Positions 42,845 through 57,690 of a stretch of DNA of 64,000 nt are shown here, one piece after another. The DNA lies in the NCBI GenBank assembly GCA_951406725.2, contig OX597836.1, positions 45,446,001 to 45,510,000 on the forward strand, in the 5' to 3' direction. A program made the translations under genes and the position numbers. The DNA comes from Octopus vulgaris (lineage: Eukaryota). Each line of letters starts with the position of its first letter. The stretch's first letter is position 1. The notes beneath the pieces are model-generated. The model was not told the DNA's origin. It ran no database searches and saw nothing but the letters and a program-made list of their open reading frames with translations.

Positions 42845-44050
42845 CATATATACGACGGGCTTCTTTCAGTTTCCGTCTACCAAATCCACTCACAAGGCAT
42901 TGGTCGGCCCAGGGCTGTAGCAGAAGACACTTGCCCAAGATGCCACGCAGTGGGACTGAACCCGGAACCATGTGGCTGGTTAGCAAGCTACTTACCACAC
43001 AGCCACTCCTACTCATTAATAATTTTTGTAAAATTTGATGGGGTCGTGAGCCGGTTCAAATAGAGTCAGAAAATTAAAAAGAACAAGTGAAAAGGTTGTT
43101 CCCTGATGTTTTTTCGGATGAGCTGTGTCGATGCAATAGATTTAAAGCCAAATTTCAGGTAAAAGAAAATTAATTACCAGTTTTCGAACCCCAAACGTAA
43201 TGTACCGTTTGCAGCACTGGAACAAATGAATAAGGAATTAGACAGTCTGGAAAAAAGGGAGTGACTGAAAAGATCGATTACTGAGATTGGGCGTCTTACT
43301 CTTTTACTCTTTTACTTGTTTCAGTCATTTGACTGCGGCCATGCTGGAGCACCGCCTTTAGTCGAGCAAATCGACCCCGGGACTTATTCTTTGTAAGCCC
43401 AGTACTTATTCTATCGGTCTCTTTTGCCGAACCGCTAAGTGACGGGGACGTAAACACACCAGCATCGGTTGTCAAGCAATGCTAGGTGGACAAACACAGA
43501 CACACAAACACACACACACACATATATATATATACATATATACGACAGGCTTCTTTCAGTTTCCGTCTACCAAATCCACTCACAAGGCATTGGTCGGCCC
43601 GGGGCTATAGCATAAGACACTTGCCCAAGATGCCCGGAATCATGTGGTTGTTTAGCAAGCTACTTACCACACAGCCACTCCTACAACAGTGTATTTTAAA
43701 AAAGAACAATAGATTTCGTGTATGTGCAGATTTCTCGGCGGGAAAAAACGAACTACCCATTACCTAGCCCAGAGGAAATTTCGAAATTAAACGGTGGAAA
43801 ATTGTTCTCGAGATCAGATCTTTCTGCTGCTTACTTACAAATACAATTGGAAGACGAATGCACTAAGCTGCTAACAATTAGTATCCGTAAAGGTCTAAAC
43901 AAATTTAAACGACTCCCGTTTGGCATGAAAGTTGATCCGGCCATATTCTAACACGTGATAGATACGATGCTTGCAGAGCGTGACTTCGCGATGGCCTACA
44001 AGGGTGATGTATTAATTAAGAGTGAATTCCGTGTTCAGCATGTCGAGCAT
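41632..44050 (+). mobile_element. Ty3/Gypsy LTR retrotransposon remnant (gag Zn-knuckle, protease region, RT) with two nested SINE A copies (42588-43012 and 43296-43683)
   Basis: CFKCGKIGH at about 42195; PKRNVPFA, RVCADFS, YPLP, DLSAAYLQI and RLPFGMK, with frameshifts. The 5' boundary is uncertain. Confidence 0.85.
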
Positions 44051-44195
44051 ACACACACATACACACACACATTAATTAAAGGTCACGGTACATGCATTAA
44101 AGCGCTACTAAAAGTTTCATATGTTGAGAAAAGCTCAAACATATTCTTCAGGCGTAAACCACATATCATAACGAACTAAAGAATTTGAATAATAG

Positions 44196-44530
44196 GGGGG
44201 GGGAAACACTCCGTCGGTTGCGACGACGAGGGTCCCAGCTGATACGATCAACGGAACAGTTTGCTCGTGAAATTAACGTGCAAGTGGCTGAGCACTCCAC
44301 AGACACGTGTACCTTTAACGCAGTTCGCAAAGAGATTCAGCGTGACACAGAGTGTGACAAGGCTGGCCCATTTTTGAAATACAGGTACTACTCATTTTTG
44401 CCAGCTGAGTGGACTGGAGCAACGTGAAATAAAATGTCTTGCTCAAGGACACAACGCGTCGCCGGGAATCGAACTCACAACCTTACGATCATGAGCCGAA
44501 TGCCTTAACCACTAAGCCACACGCTCTCAC
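44196..44530 (-). mobile_element. SINE family D
   Basis: 13-bp TSD ATTTGAATAATAG at 44183 and 44531. Confidence 0.9.
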
Positions 44531-44640
44531 ATTTGAATAATAGAAGAAGCGCGAAAAAACTGAGAAGGTAGCATATAGTAAACTTAGACTGTAAACAACG
44601 AAAAACGGAAAGTTTACCTATGTTCACTTGAGATCCAAAA

Positions 44641-44935
44641 ATGAACAACATTCTGAAAACACATAAGTTCATCAAATGCAAAAAGCAACACAAATCGCTG
44701 AAAAGACTTCTGAAAAATGCGAAGCTTTACACAAAAACCACGAAACTAACGGCTAAAAAATGTGGATGTCCAAACCGTGGAACATGTCCCAACCTGCAAG
44801 AAGGCTCAGAATTCCTATTCAAACAAGGAAAGAGGTTCACAATTAAAACCAACTTCCCTTGTACTTCCGAGAATCGAATTTATGTTATAACTTGTTCAGG
44901 TTGTGGACATAACTATATAGGACAGACAAGTATGG
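44641..44935 (+). mobile_element. Penelope-like (Neptune-type) linker plus GIY-YIG endonuclease remnant
   Basis: Cys-rich linker KCGCPNRGTCP, then CTSENRIYVITCSGCGHNYIGQT. Confidence 0.85.
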
Positions 44936-45199
44936 TTCTCAACATTTTCCCGGCCATCGCCCCACCTAAAAGCTATTTTTGACGTAAGCTAATTGAAAAT
45001 CGCCCACCAGAAAATAACAAATGCTAAATATAATGTTATTACGATTAATCAACACTGAAAAAAATTTGTACATGTAAATGCAAACGAAAAATGAATTAAA
45101 ATAAAATTTTATTCTTAATTTAAATGTAGAAAAGGACGAACTAGTGTGAGCCCAAAGATTGGTGATGTTCCGCTGAAAATTCAATATGAGGCTTAAATG

Positions 45200-46030
45200 C
45201 TACTCAAACAGATACAAATATCTCCACGTGAAATAATGTCAAATCTGTTTCTTTCCTTCCGCAAAATGTGATAGATAGTACTAAATCCAGTTTCGTCAAG
45301 ATATGATGTTGGGAAACACAAAAGGATTTTCGATAATTGGGACCACAAATTTGGATATAGTGATTTACAGTGTCTGATTGCCAGAATTCAAACAATCTTT
45401 CTTTTTTTAACTTAATTTGAAATTCATTACATTTCATCTCGATTGCTTCCTCTTGGATATTTTCGTGTGCACTGGGAATAGTGAAATTAAATAAATCAGC
45501 AAATCTGGTTTCTAAATCATTTTCCAAGGCAGACAGATGGTCGCAATAAATACCAATATCATTTTCACAAAAATCGATTTCCGCCAGTTTGAGCATATTA
45601 TGAAACTTAATTTTAAATTAACTCGAGAAAGATTGATTTTTTCAACAAAAGCTCTCATCACCCGTTTACAGTCTATCAGCATTATCATTTTCTCCTGCAG
45701 TAGAAGACGGACCTCGTTCAGCTTACGGAAAATCCAACTAAGACAGTATATATATTCTTTTGAGTTTGAATTTCGGTGGCTGAGTGTCCTTCTGTTCATT
45801 AGAATACAACTATTATATTAAATAAGTTTACAACTCTTGCCAAGAAGTTGCCTTTCGATAGCCAAGGAACATCGGTATGCAAAAGTTCGTCAGCATCGAC
45901 ACAAAATTTTCAGAAAAGAGGGTCACATTTACTGTTAGATTGGTTTTGCGCCGGCTATTGCATTTGACAATATTGGCGACCCTTTAGACATGCTGCCTAG
46001 AAGCATATAACTTATTTTGTACTGATGGCA
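45200..46030 (-). mobile_element. hAT (Buster-like) transposase remnant
   Basis: Motifs LHTDVPWLSKG, RFADL and FPTSYLDETGFS. Confidence 0.8.
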
Positions 46031-46036
46031 TATATA

Positions 46037-46270
46037 AGGCGGCGAGCTGGCAGAAACGTTAGCACGCCGGGCGAAATGCTTAGCAGTATTTCGTCTGCCG
46101 CTACGTTCCGAGTTCAGATTCCGCCGAGGTCGACTTTGCCTTTCATCCTTTCGGGGTCGATTAAATAAGTACGAGTTATGCACTGGGGTCGATATAATCG
46201 ACTTAATCCGTTCGTCTGTCCCTGTTTGTCCTCTCTGTGTTTATCCCCTTGTGGGTGGTAAAGAAATAGG
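46037..46270 (+). mobile_element. SINE family B
   Basis: Full-length match to family B. Confidence 0.9.
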
Positions 46271-46689
46271 TATATATATATATATATATATTGATCCTGG
46301 TCGACTTGGCGTTGGTAAAAAGAATGCGAATCAAACATTGTGAAGAATTATTGCATGTTTCGGGATGGAGGGAAGAGTTACTGCCAATGGACTGATGTTA
46401 TACGGGGTGGAAATGGGTCATTTTTGTGTGTGTACGTGAATGTAGCGCCTGTCTCCAAAAATAGAGAGGACCAAATTACCAAACCATATTTCAACTCTTG
46501 GAGACAACATCCGAGTATTTTTGATTTTTTATTCAAAAAAGCAACCGGACCATGCAGATGTTTTTAGAATGATTCTCGTTTTCACGAAGCAGAGTTTTCC
46601 AACATCTGCTTCCATTTATATATGGCCTATGCCCGCCAAGAAATTTAAAAGAAGCTTTACTTCTTTTAATCATCATCGAAACTTGGCAT

Positions 46690-48212
46690 AATTATTAGTC
46701 CTTCTCTACCTATCCACCACCAATGGTGACACACTTCTTCCATCGCTGTATGGAGTTGTGAAGACCTCGTCTGTAGAAGTCGGTAGGTTGCATCTGGAGC
46801 CAAGACTTTACCTCGGAAATAAGTTCATCATCATCCGAAAAGTGCTTCCCTTTCAAATAAGACTTCATTGTCGGAAAGAGATGGAAGTTAGATGGTGTGA
46901 GGTTCGGAAGGTAAGGTGGATGAAGAAGGATTTCATAGCCACAGGAGTGTGCTTTCATCTGGGCAACATGCGCATTGTGAACTGGGGCGTTGTCTCGGAG
47001 GGGGCGGACTCTTTTGATCAGCATGCCACGCCTCTCTACTTTGATGACGTTCTGTAATTTCTGTAGCAGAGAAGCATAATATGCCCCATTAATTGTGGTT
47101 CCCTTTAGCCAGAAAATCCATCATCACTATTCTACGCTGGTCCCAAAAGACTGAGCATCACCTTGCCTGTTGAGAGTTGGATGCGAGCCTTCTTTGGAGG
47201 TGGTGTGTTATCATGCTTCCATTGCTTCGACTGGACTTTAATCTCAGGTCATAGTGATGGACCCATGTTTCTTCCTGTATAAGTCTGCCGAAAAAGTCCT
47301 TCTTGTTTTCTTGGCGCATTGTCAAAAGAGCTTGGGAGGAATTGATTCGTGCAGACAACTTCCGCATGTGCAAATGGTCGTGAATGAGTTTTTCCACGGA
47401 CCCTAGACTTATCTTCATTTCTTGGGCTTCCATTTTATAGATGGTGTCGTCTTCAATGGTGGAATGTGGTTGTCCAGGCATAGGAGCAGTTTCCACCGAT
47501 ACTGAACAGGCGATGTCAGTGCTTGACTACATCGTATGATGGTGCATCGTCACCATTAACTTTCATCTTGTTGAAAGTATCTTTTGGTGTACAACCTTTC
47601 AAGTATAATAACCTGATCACTGGTCTACATTCAACTACTTCCTTTATAACACCTGAGTCCACTTCAGCAGCCGTAAAAGACAAGCGAACACTTGTGGCAA
47701 GCTGCAATTTACAATGTGACATGTAGAAGACATACATATAGGAGTGGCTGTGTGGTAAGTAGCTTGCTTACCAACCACATGGTTCCGGGTTCAGTCCCAC
47801 TGCGTGGCACCTTGGGCAAGTGTCTTCTACTATAGCCTCGGGTCGACCAAAGACTTGTGAGTGGATTTGGTAGACGGAAACTGAAAGAAGCCCGTCGTAT
47901 ATATGTATATATATGCGTGTGTTTGTGTGTCTGTGTTTGTCCCCCTAGCATTGCTTGACAACTGGTGTGTTTATGTCCCCGTTACTTAGTGGTTCGGCAA
48001 AAGAGAACTATAGAATAAGTACTGGGCTTACAAAAGAATAAGTCCCGGGGTCGATTTGCTCGATTAAAGGCGGTGCTCCAGCATGGCAGCAGTCAAATGA
48101 CTGAAACAAGTAAAAGAGAAAAAAAGAGATATATGATTATACCTGTATAAGTTCCGATTCCTGCAATAACCGGAAGAGGGTTAGGGGAAAGTTTTGATGA
48201 ACACCCCTCGTA
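46690..48212 (-). mobile_element. Mariner transposon fossil with a nested SINE A (+, 47740-48128)
   Basis: ETWVHHYD, DNAPVH and HPPYLPNLTPSNFHLF (YSPDLAPSD-like). The terminal repeat reads TACGAGGGGTGTTCATCAAAAC on the minus strand at 48191-48212. Confidence 0.88.
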
Positions 48213-48694
48213 TGTGTGTGTACTGTCCCCATGACCATATAATTATAAACAAATAGTTTGCAGATATCCAGGTCTATTTAGAATGAAAGATATACATTAA
48301 ACTGAAAATTTGAAATCAATCCTTATTTTGTATCAACAATAACTACTAAATAACGAACATAAAAACATATATAAAACACTATTGTTTTGTTTTTAGTTTT
48401 TTATTTGTACAATTTAAACGCACAATTTTAATTTTTCTTGTAGTTATTCTCATCAGCAATACCACTTTGTGTGAATAATCATTTTTTTCTCTTCGTTAAA
48501 CAATTCTGTTCGAAGTTTACGGGATTCCATTTTCAGTGGAAGAATTAAATAAATAAAAAAAGAAACGGAGCTTTGGAAAAAACAAAAATTGCTGGGCTTT
48601 CAAATAATTCTTTATTTTCGTTACCAATTTTTAGAGATTAATCTTGCATGTGTGTGTGAGGGAGAGAAAGAGATGATATATACATATACGTTTA

Positions 48695-48808
<114 letters not shown>

Positions 48809-48885
48809 TAAACGTATATATATATATATACACATATATAAACGTATACATGTATATATATATATATACACACATATATAAACGT

Positions 48886-48925
<40 letters not shown>

Positions 48926-48932
48926 GTATACT

Positions 48933-48983
<51 letters not shown>

Positions 48984-49683
48984 ACGTTTATACAAAGCGT
49001 TTATATATATAAGTCTGCACTTATATATATATATATATATAAGTATACATGTACCCACACATATACACATACACACACATATGTGTAGTTGCTGTCAAAA
49101 ATTATTTACGTAATTAAAATTATTTAAAAGCCCCAATTTTCTTTCAAAACTCCATTTTGTATTTAAATAAAACTTGCGACATTTGTTATTTGAAATTTTG
49201 ATATATATTTTTGAATCTACGTCTGTTCAATTATATACATATGTACATCAGTTTGAAGCATTGATTTCGATCTATTGATTTCTGCTAATGGTCTTATTTT
49301 TTTCTATTAGTTGAGTATGTCAAAGCAAGGAAGTGGCTTTTATTGTGGGATTTAAAAATGGAACGGAAACCAGCGTCCAATGTTTGCGATATCAAAGCAT
49401 GCTCGAGGTGAAGCATTAAAACGATTTTCCAAATCGAAGAGGAATAAAAAAAAACCTATGGTCACGGTTCGTTGATTGGCAAGCAGAATCATTCACGATT
49501 ATTTCTTGAATGTTTCATCAAAGAGCTATTACCAGAAAATCAACAAAGTACATTAAAAACAATGCAACATTTACGTCCAGTATTTGTCAATCACAAAGGA
49601 ACAGTTCTTCTCTATGGAATCGCTCAGTCATAAATACTGTAAATGTTTTTTTGCTGAAATTTATTGAACTAGGTTATTTCAGA

Positions 49684-50065
49684 CTAGCAGTATCGCCCGG
49701 CGTTGCTCGGGTTTGTAAGGGAAATAACTATATAAGCATTTTTAGAGAGTTATAGCCAAAAAATAGCAAAAAATGCATTAAAAATGGAAAACAAATTATG
49801 GTAAATTTTCTTAAAAATCGTTGACTCATCGTAGACATTTTTAGAGAGTTACTTCCCTTATATAATAGCGAAAAAATGCATTAAAATGGAAAAAATGATG
49901 GTAAATTTTTTTTTAAATCGTAGACTCATCGTAGACGCGCGCTAATACCCAGAAGGGCTCGATATGAATCACGACTATAAGATACCCGGTTTTGGTTAAA
50001 TGTGGGAGTAGTTAGGAATCTAAATCGTAGGAGACAGCACACAACTTCACTTTTATATATAAAGA
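49684..50065 (-). mobile_element. Non-autonomous Helitron
   Basis: Reverse complement reads A|TCTTTATATATAAAA ... hairpin CCCGAGCAACGCCGGG ... CTAG|T, with no TSD. Confidence 0.85.
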
Positions 50066-50460
50066 TTTACTCTCCACATTCATTTCGGTCACCAAGTGTT
50101 TAAAGAATTTCAATAACAGTGACTTCGCAGAATTCTTTGGTCCCCAAATTTTATGCTACTAGAATAAACTTGTTCCTTATTGGTATAAATGGGTCAAAAT
50201 TTTAATGTTTATTTATTACCAATTAAATGAATAAAATATAGAAACACATATTTTTCTTTGAGTTTAATTTAAGTTCTAGAGAGATTTCAAGCCTGTCGCT
50301 AACAAAGCGACAAGATTTTTTCAGTTAAGAGAGTTCTCAGTGTTTGTAAATATGTGGTTGTGTTGGTGCTGTTGGTTGAATATTGATGCGTAGACGTAAG
50401 TGTGTGCATCATTTCACATAAGAATCTCCGAGAATCTGCAGAATGTCTTACAAATCTTTA

Positions 50461-50858
50461 CTGTGTGGTAAGTAGCTTGCTTACCAACCACATGATTCCG
50501 GGTTCAGTCCCACTGTGTGGCACCTTGGGCAAGTGTCTTCTACTATAGCCTCGGGCCGACCAAAGCCTTGTGAGTGGATTTGGTAGACGGAAACTGAAAG
50601 AAGCCCGTCGTATATATGTATATATATATATATATGTATGTGTGTGTACATGTTTGTGTGTCTTTGTCCCCCAACATCGCTTGACAACCGATGGTGGTGT
50701 GTTTACGTCACCGTAACTTAGCGGTTCGGCAAAAGAGGAAGATAGAATAAATACTAGGTTTCCAAAGAATAAGTCCTGGGGTCGATTTGCTAAACTAAAG
50801 ACGGTGCTCTAGCATGGCCGCAGTCAAATGACTGAAACAAGTAAAAGTGTAAAAGAGT
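50461..50858 (+). mobile_element. SINE family A
   Basis: Matches family A. Confidence 0.88.
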
Positions 50859-52137
50859 ACCACTGCGTATGTGTCTTTGTTCAGTTTTATTTCAAGATTT
50901 TCTTGCAAATCGGAAAAGAGTCTGTTTCTAACCTAGACCCAAGAGTTCTTCACTGGTGTTTTAACATCAACAGGGTATGTATGTATGCATGTATGTATGT
51001 ATATGTGTGTGTATGTATGTATGTATGTGTGTGTGTATGTATGAATTATGTATGTATGTATGTATGTATGTATGTATGTATGTGTGTGTGTATGTATGTA
51101 TGTGTGTGTATGTATGTATGTATGTATGTATGTATGTATGTATGTATGTGTGTGTGTGTATGTATGTATGTATGTATGCATGCATGTATGTATGTATGTA
51201 TGTATGTATGTATGTATGTATGTATGTATGTATGTATGTATGTATGTATGTATGTATGTATGTATGTATGTATGTATGTATGTATGTATGTATGTATGTA
51301 TGTGTGTGTGTATGTATGTATGTATGCATGCATGTATGTATGTATGTATGTATGTATGTATGTATGTATGTATGTATGTATGCATGCATGTATGTATGTA
51401 TGTATGTATGTATGTATGTATGTATGTATGTATGTATGTATGTATGTATGTATGTATGTGTGTGTGTATGTATGTATGCATGTATGTATGTATGTATGTA
51501 TGTATGTATGTATGTATGTATGTATGTGTGTGTGTATGTATGTATGTATGTATGTATGTATGTATGTATGTATGTATGTATGTATGTATGTATGTATGTA
51601 TGCATGCATGTATGTATGTATGTATGTTTGTATGTATGTATGTATGTATGTACGTACGTACGTACGTACGTATGTATGCATGTATGTATGAATTATGTAT
51701 GTATGTATGTATGTATGTATGTGTGTGTGTATGTATGTATGTATGTATGTATGTATGTATGTATGTATGTATGTATATGTGTGTGTATGTATGTATGCAT
51801 GTGTGCGTGTATGTATGTATGTATTATGTATGTATGTATGTATGTTTGTATGTATGTTTGTATGTATGCATGCATGTATGTGTGTATGTATGTATATATG
51901 AATGTATGTATGAATTATGTATGTATGTACGTGTGTGTATGAATGTATGTATGTATGCATGTATGTGTGTGTGTATGTATGTATTATGTATGTATGTATG
52001 CATGCATGTTTGTGTGTGTGTATGTATGTATGTATGTATGTATGTATTATGTATGTATGTATGTATGCATGTATGTATGTTTGTATGTATGAATGTATGT
52101 ATGTATGTATGTATGTATGCATGTATGTATGTGTGTG

Positions 52138-52169
<32 letters not shown>

Positions 52170-52974
52170 TGTATGTATGTATGTATGTATGTGTTTATGC
52201 GTGTATGTATGTATGTATGTATGTATGTATGTATGCATGTATGTATGTGTGTGTATATGTATGTATTATGTATGTATGTATGTATGTATGTATGTATGTA
52301 TGTATGTATGTATGTGTGTATGCGTGTATGTATGTATGTATGTATGTGTGTATGTATGTATGTATGTATGTATGCATGTATGTATGTGTGTGTATATATA
52401 TGTATTATGTAAGTATGTATGTATGTATGTATGTATGTGTGTATGCGTGTATGTATGTATGTATGTATGTATGTATGTATGTATGTATGTGTTTATGCGT
52501 GTATGTATGTATGTATGTATGTATGTATGTATGCATGTATGTATGTGTGTGTATATGTATGTATTATGTATGTATGTATGTATGTATGTATGTATGTATG
52601 TGTGTATGCGTGTATGTATGTATGTATGTATGTATGTGTGTATGTATGTATGTATGTATGTATGCATGTATGTATGTGTGTGTATATGTATGTATTATGT
52701 AAGTATGTATGTATGTATGTATGTATGTATGTGTGTATGCGTGTATGTATGTATGTATGTATGTATGTATGTATGCATGCATGTATGTGTGTATGTATGT
52801 ATATATATGAATGTATGTATGAATTATGTATGTATGTACGTGTGTGTATGTATGTATGTATGTATGTATGCATGTATGCATGTATGTGTGTGTATGTATG
52901 TATGCATGCATGTATGTGTGTATGTATGTATGTATGTATGGATGGGTGGATGGATGGATGGATGTATGTATATG

Positions 52975-53355
52975 TGCAGATTTCTATGATTTGTTTTATG
53001 TATGTATTCTCATGCATATAGTTGCATATCTAGATATGCTCATATATACTTAACTGATAAACTTCTGGAAAGTTTTACAGATTTTTACAGTTCCAGTGGT
53101 GGATTGGATCTGTAATCTTCCAATTAGCTTTCTCCTTTCTGGTTTTGAAAACCCTAAGCCTTGGGATGTGTGACATACTGACTACATACCAAAGGCCCCG
53201 ATAATTACAGGTGTAAACCTGAACATATAATCTAGAAAGAATAACAGCGGATTTCTCAACAGTTAATCATAGGTGTTCTCTTTTCACTGTACCTCAGCTT
53301 TATGCTAACAACTGCAGGGCAGCTAATTTCCGCAACTGTACACGGTTTCTCTTCT
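52975..53355 (-). mobile_element. 3' end of a restriction-like endonuclease (RLE) LINE, copy 1
   Basis: Reverse-complement translation CTVAEISCP...EKENTY...PVIIGAFG...KICKTF, running into (CATA)n. Confidence 0.72.
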
Positions 53356-53582
53356 GTATGTATGTATGTATGTATGTATGTATGTATGTATGTATGTATG
53401 TATGTATGTATGTATGTATGTATGTATGTATGTATGTATGTATATTTGTATGTATGTATGTATGTATGTATGTTTGTATGTATGTATGTATGTATGTATG
53501 TATGTTTGTATGTATGTATGTTTGTGTGTATATATATATGTATGCATGTATGTATGTATGTTTGTGTGTATATATATATATG

Positions 53583-53613
<31 letters not shown>

Positions 53614-54566
53614 ATATGTATGTACGTATGTGTGTATGTATGTATGTATATATGTATGTACGTATGTGTGTATGTATGTATATATGTATGTTTGCACGTA
53701 CGTACGTACGTATGTATGTATGTTATGTATGTAAGTACGTACGTACGTACGTATGTATGTATGTATGTATGTATGTATGTATATATGTGTGTGTATGTAT
53801 GTATGTATGTATGTATGTATATATGTGTGTGTATGTATGTATGTATGTATGTTATGTATGTAAGTATGTATGTATGTATGTATGTATGTATGTATGTGTG
53901 TGTATGTATGTATGTGTGTGTATGTATGTATGTTTGTATGTATGTGTGTGTATGTATGTATGTATGTATGTTATGTATGTAAGTACGTACGTACGTATGT
54001 ATGTATGTATGTATGTATGTATGTATGTATGTATGTATGTATGTATGTATGTGTGTGTATGTATGTATGTTTGTATGTATGTATGTATGTATGTATGTAT
54101 GTGTTTATGCGTGTATGTATGTATGTATGTATGTATGTATGCATGTATGTATGTGTGTGTATATGTATGTATTATGTATGTATGTATGTATGTATGTATG
54201 TGTGTATGCGTGTATGTATGTATGTATGTATGTATGTGTGTATGTATGTATGTATGTATGTATGCATGTATGTATGTGTGTGTATATGTATGTATTATGT
54301 ATGTATGTATGTATGTATGTATGTATGTGTGTATGCGTGTATGTATGTATGTATGTATGTATGTATGTATGCATGCATGTATGTGTGTATGTATATATAT
54401 GAATGTATGTATGAATTATGTATGTATGTACGTGTGTGTATGTATGTATGTATGTATGTATGCATGTATGCATGTATGTGTGTGTATGTATGTATGCATG
54501 CATGTATGTGTGTATGTATGTATGTATGTATGGATGGGTGGATGGATGGATGGATGTATGTATATG

Positions 54567-54948
54567 TGCAGATTTCTATGATTTGTTTTATGTATGTATT
54601 CTCATGCATATAGTTGCATATCTAGATATGCTCATATATACTTAACTGATAAACTTCTGGAAAGTTTTACAGATTTTTACAGTTCCAGTGGTGGATTGGA
54701 TCTGTAATCTTCCAATTAGCTTTCTCCTTTCTGGTTTTGAAAACCCTAAGCCTTGGGATGTGTGACATACTGACTACATACCAAAGGCCCCGATAATTAC
54801 AGGTGTAAACCTGAACATATAATCTAGAAAGAATAACAGCGGATTTCTCAACAGTTAATCATAGGTGTTCTCTTTTTCACTGTACCTCAGCTTTATGCTA
54901 ACAACTGCAGGGCAGCTAATTTCCGCAACTGTACACGGTTTCTCTTCT
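54567..54948 (-). mobile_element. 3' end of an RLE LINE, copy 2
   Basis: Essentially identical to copy 1, offset 1592 bp. Confidence 0.72.
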
Positions 54949-55149
54949 GTATGTATGTATGTATGTATGTATGTATGTATGTATGTATGTATGTATGTAT
55001 GTATGTATGTATGTATATTTGTATGTATGCATGTATGTATGTATGTATGTATGTATGTATGTATGTATGTTTGTATGTATGTATGTATGTTTGTGTGTAT
55101 ATATATATGTATGCATGTATGTATGTATGTTTGTGTGTATATATATATG

Positions 55150-55180
<31 letters not shown>

Positions 55181-55756
55181 ATATGTATGTACGTATGTGT
55201 GTATGTATGTATGTATATATGTATGTACGTATGTGTGTATGTATGTATATATGTATGTTTGCACGTACGTACGTACGTATGTATGTATGTTATGTATGTA
55301 AGTACGTACGTACGTACGTATGTATGTATGTATGTATGTATGTATGTATGTATGTATGTATATATGTGTGTGTATGTATGTATGTATGTATGTATGTATA
55401 TATGTGTGTGTATGTATGTATGTATGTATGTTATGTATGTAAGTATGTATGTATGTATGTATGTATGTATGTATGTGTGTGTATGTATGTATGTGTGTGT
55501 ATGTATGTATGTTTGTATGTATGTGTGTGTATGTATGTATGTATGTATGTTATGTATGTAAGTACGTACGTACGTATGTATGTATGTATGTATGTATGTA
55601 TGTATATGTGTGTATGTATGTATGTTTGTATGTATGTATGTATGTATATATGTATGTTTGTATGTATGCACGCATGCATGCACGCATGCATGCATCTATG
55701 TATGTATGTTTGTATGTATGTATGTATGTATGTGTGTGTGTGTGCCTGTGCTTGTG

Positions 55757-55792
<36 letters not shown>

Positions 55793-56065
55793 ATTCAAGA
55801 CATTGAACTACAATCATTTCCACATTTTTCTTTCATACACACATAATAATACATAACAGTTTGCCATTATATAATTTTTTGTAATTTTTCGGCTTGTTTC
55901 CGTATTTCTTGGCAGGAAGTCTTTCACTTTTCCCTTCCATTGTTTCTTTTATTTAACCTGTATTTTCAAACTCAGAATTTTTGCAATCACCGGTTTTACG
56001 TTTTATTTCTTAAATTTTATATTGACTATTTTAAACACTTTGTCGCTTAGAAAGAAATGGCATCA

Positions 56066-56071
56066 ATAATA

Positions 56072-56121
<50 letters not shown>

Positions 56122-56263
56122 AATGATAATAATAATAATAATAATAATGATAATAATAATGATAATAATAATAATAATAATAATGATAATAATAATAATA
56201 ATGATAATAATAATAATAATGATAATGATAATAATAATAATAATGATAATAATAATAATAATG

Positions 56264-56312
<49 letters not shown>

Positions 56313-56569
56313 TGATAATAATAATAATAATAATAATAATGATAATAATAATAATAATGATAATAATAATGATGATGATGATGATAATAATAATAATAAT
56401 AAAAATAATGATGATGATGATGATGATGATGATGATAATAATAATAGTAATAATGATGATGATGATAATGATAACGATAATGATAATGATAATAACAATA
56501 ATAACAATAATGATAATAATAATGATGATGATGATAATAATAATAATAATAATAATGATGATGATGATG

Positions 56570-56637
<68 letters not shown>

Positions 56638-56640
56638 AAT

Positions 56641-56675
<35 letters not shown>

Positions 56676-56704
56676 TAATAATAATAATAATAATGATGAT
56701 GATG

Positions 56705-56741
<37 letters not shown>
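56066..56741. repeat. (TAA/TGA)n array
   Basis: Direct reading. Confidence 0.95.
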
Positions 56742-56743
<2 letters not shown>

Positions 56744-57690
56744 GTTATAGGGCAAACAATGATGGCGGTTGAAAAAGTATAAGTACTTGGGGATACTGGA
56801 AGCAGACGAGATAAAAAGTGAAGAAATGAAACAAATTACATGTAGGGAGTACACAAAGGGAGTCAGAAAATTATTGCAGTCAAAATTGAATTCCAAAAAT
56901 TCAAGAGTAGTACCCTTAATCAGATCCGGAGTTGGAATTATAGACTGGACCAAAAAGGATATAAAGAAGCTTCACAGAAAAAAGTAGGAAGTTGTTCACG
57001 ATGTATGGAGCCCACCATCCGAAAGCTGATATCAACCGGCTGTTTTTGAGGTGAGATCAGGGTGGAAGAGGCTCAATAGCAGTAGAAGAATGTGTACAGA
57101 TGGAAAGAAAACGTCTAGTAGAGTGTTTAGAGAGTAGCACAGAAAAACTACTGAAGACAGTTAATAAAGAATAGGTGATGAAGGGCGTAATAGGAGAGAA
57201 GGACAAGAATGAAATACTAAGAGAGCACATCAGATAAATCGAAGAGAAACCTGTGCATGGCCAATTTTGGAGAGCCACAGAAGGCGTATGAGGAATAAAA
57301 TCCTGGGCTTGGTTAAAAAAGGGGATATTAAAAAAAAATAAAAAAGAAACAGAGAGCCTAATTGTAAACAGTCCAAGATCAAGCGGCAAAAACAAACAAC
57401 TTGAGAAAAATAAATATGGAGAAAATGAGTCGGAAAAATGTAGAACCTGTGGAACTTGGAATGAGACAGTGACATCCATTGTGACAGAATGCTGTAAGTT
57501 GACATAGGAAGAATATAAAAAGGTCATGTACTGTTTATCTTCATATGCGATCACCACGTCGCGCACATACGGTTGTGCTGCATGTACTTGGTGTGCACAT
57601 GACGGGTAGTCCTGATGGGTATGTTGGGCTTCGTATAATTGTACCCCAGTGTCACTTTGATGGCATGCACAGCTCTCTCACTAAATAATA
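56742..57690 (+). mobile_element. R4/Dong-like LINE remnant between TAA repeats
   Basis: YKYLGILEAD, HHPKADINRL, GGRG, HGQF, SWAWLKKG and CRTCG..ETVT.I..EC (CCHC-like); ends in (TAA)n. Confidence 0.82.

Larger units (their letters stand above)
50975..55790. repeat. About 4.8 kb degenerate (TATG)n array with higher-order structure and two embedded unique blocks
   Basis: Direct reading. Confidence 0.95.
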
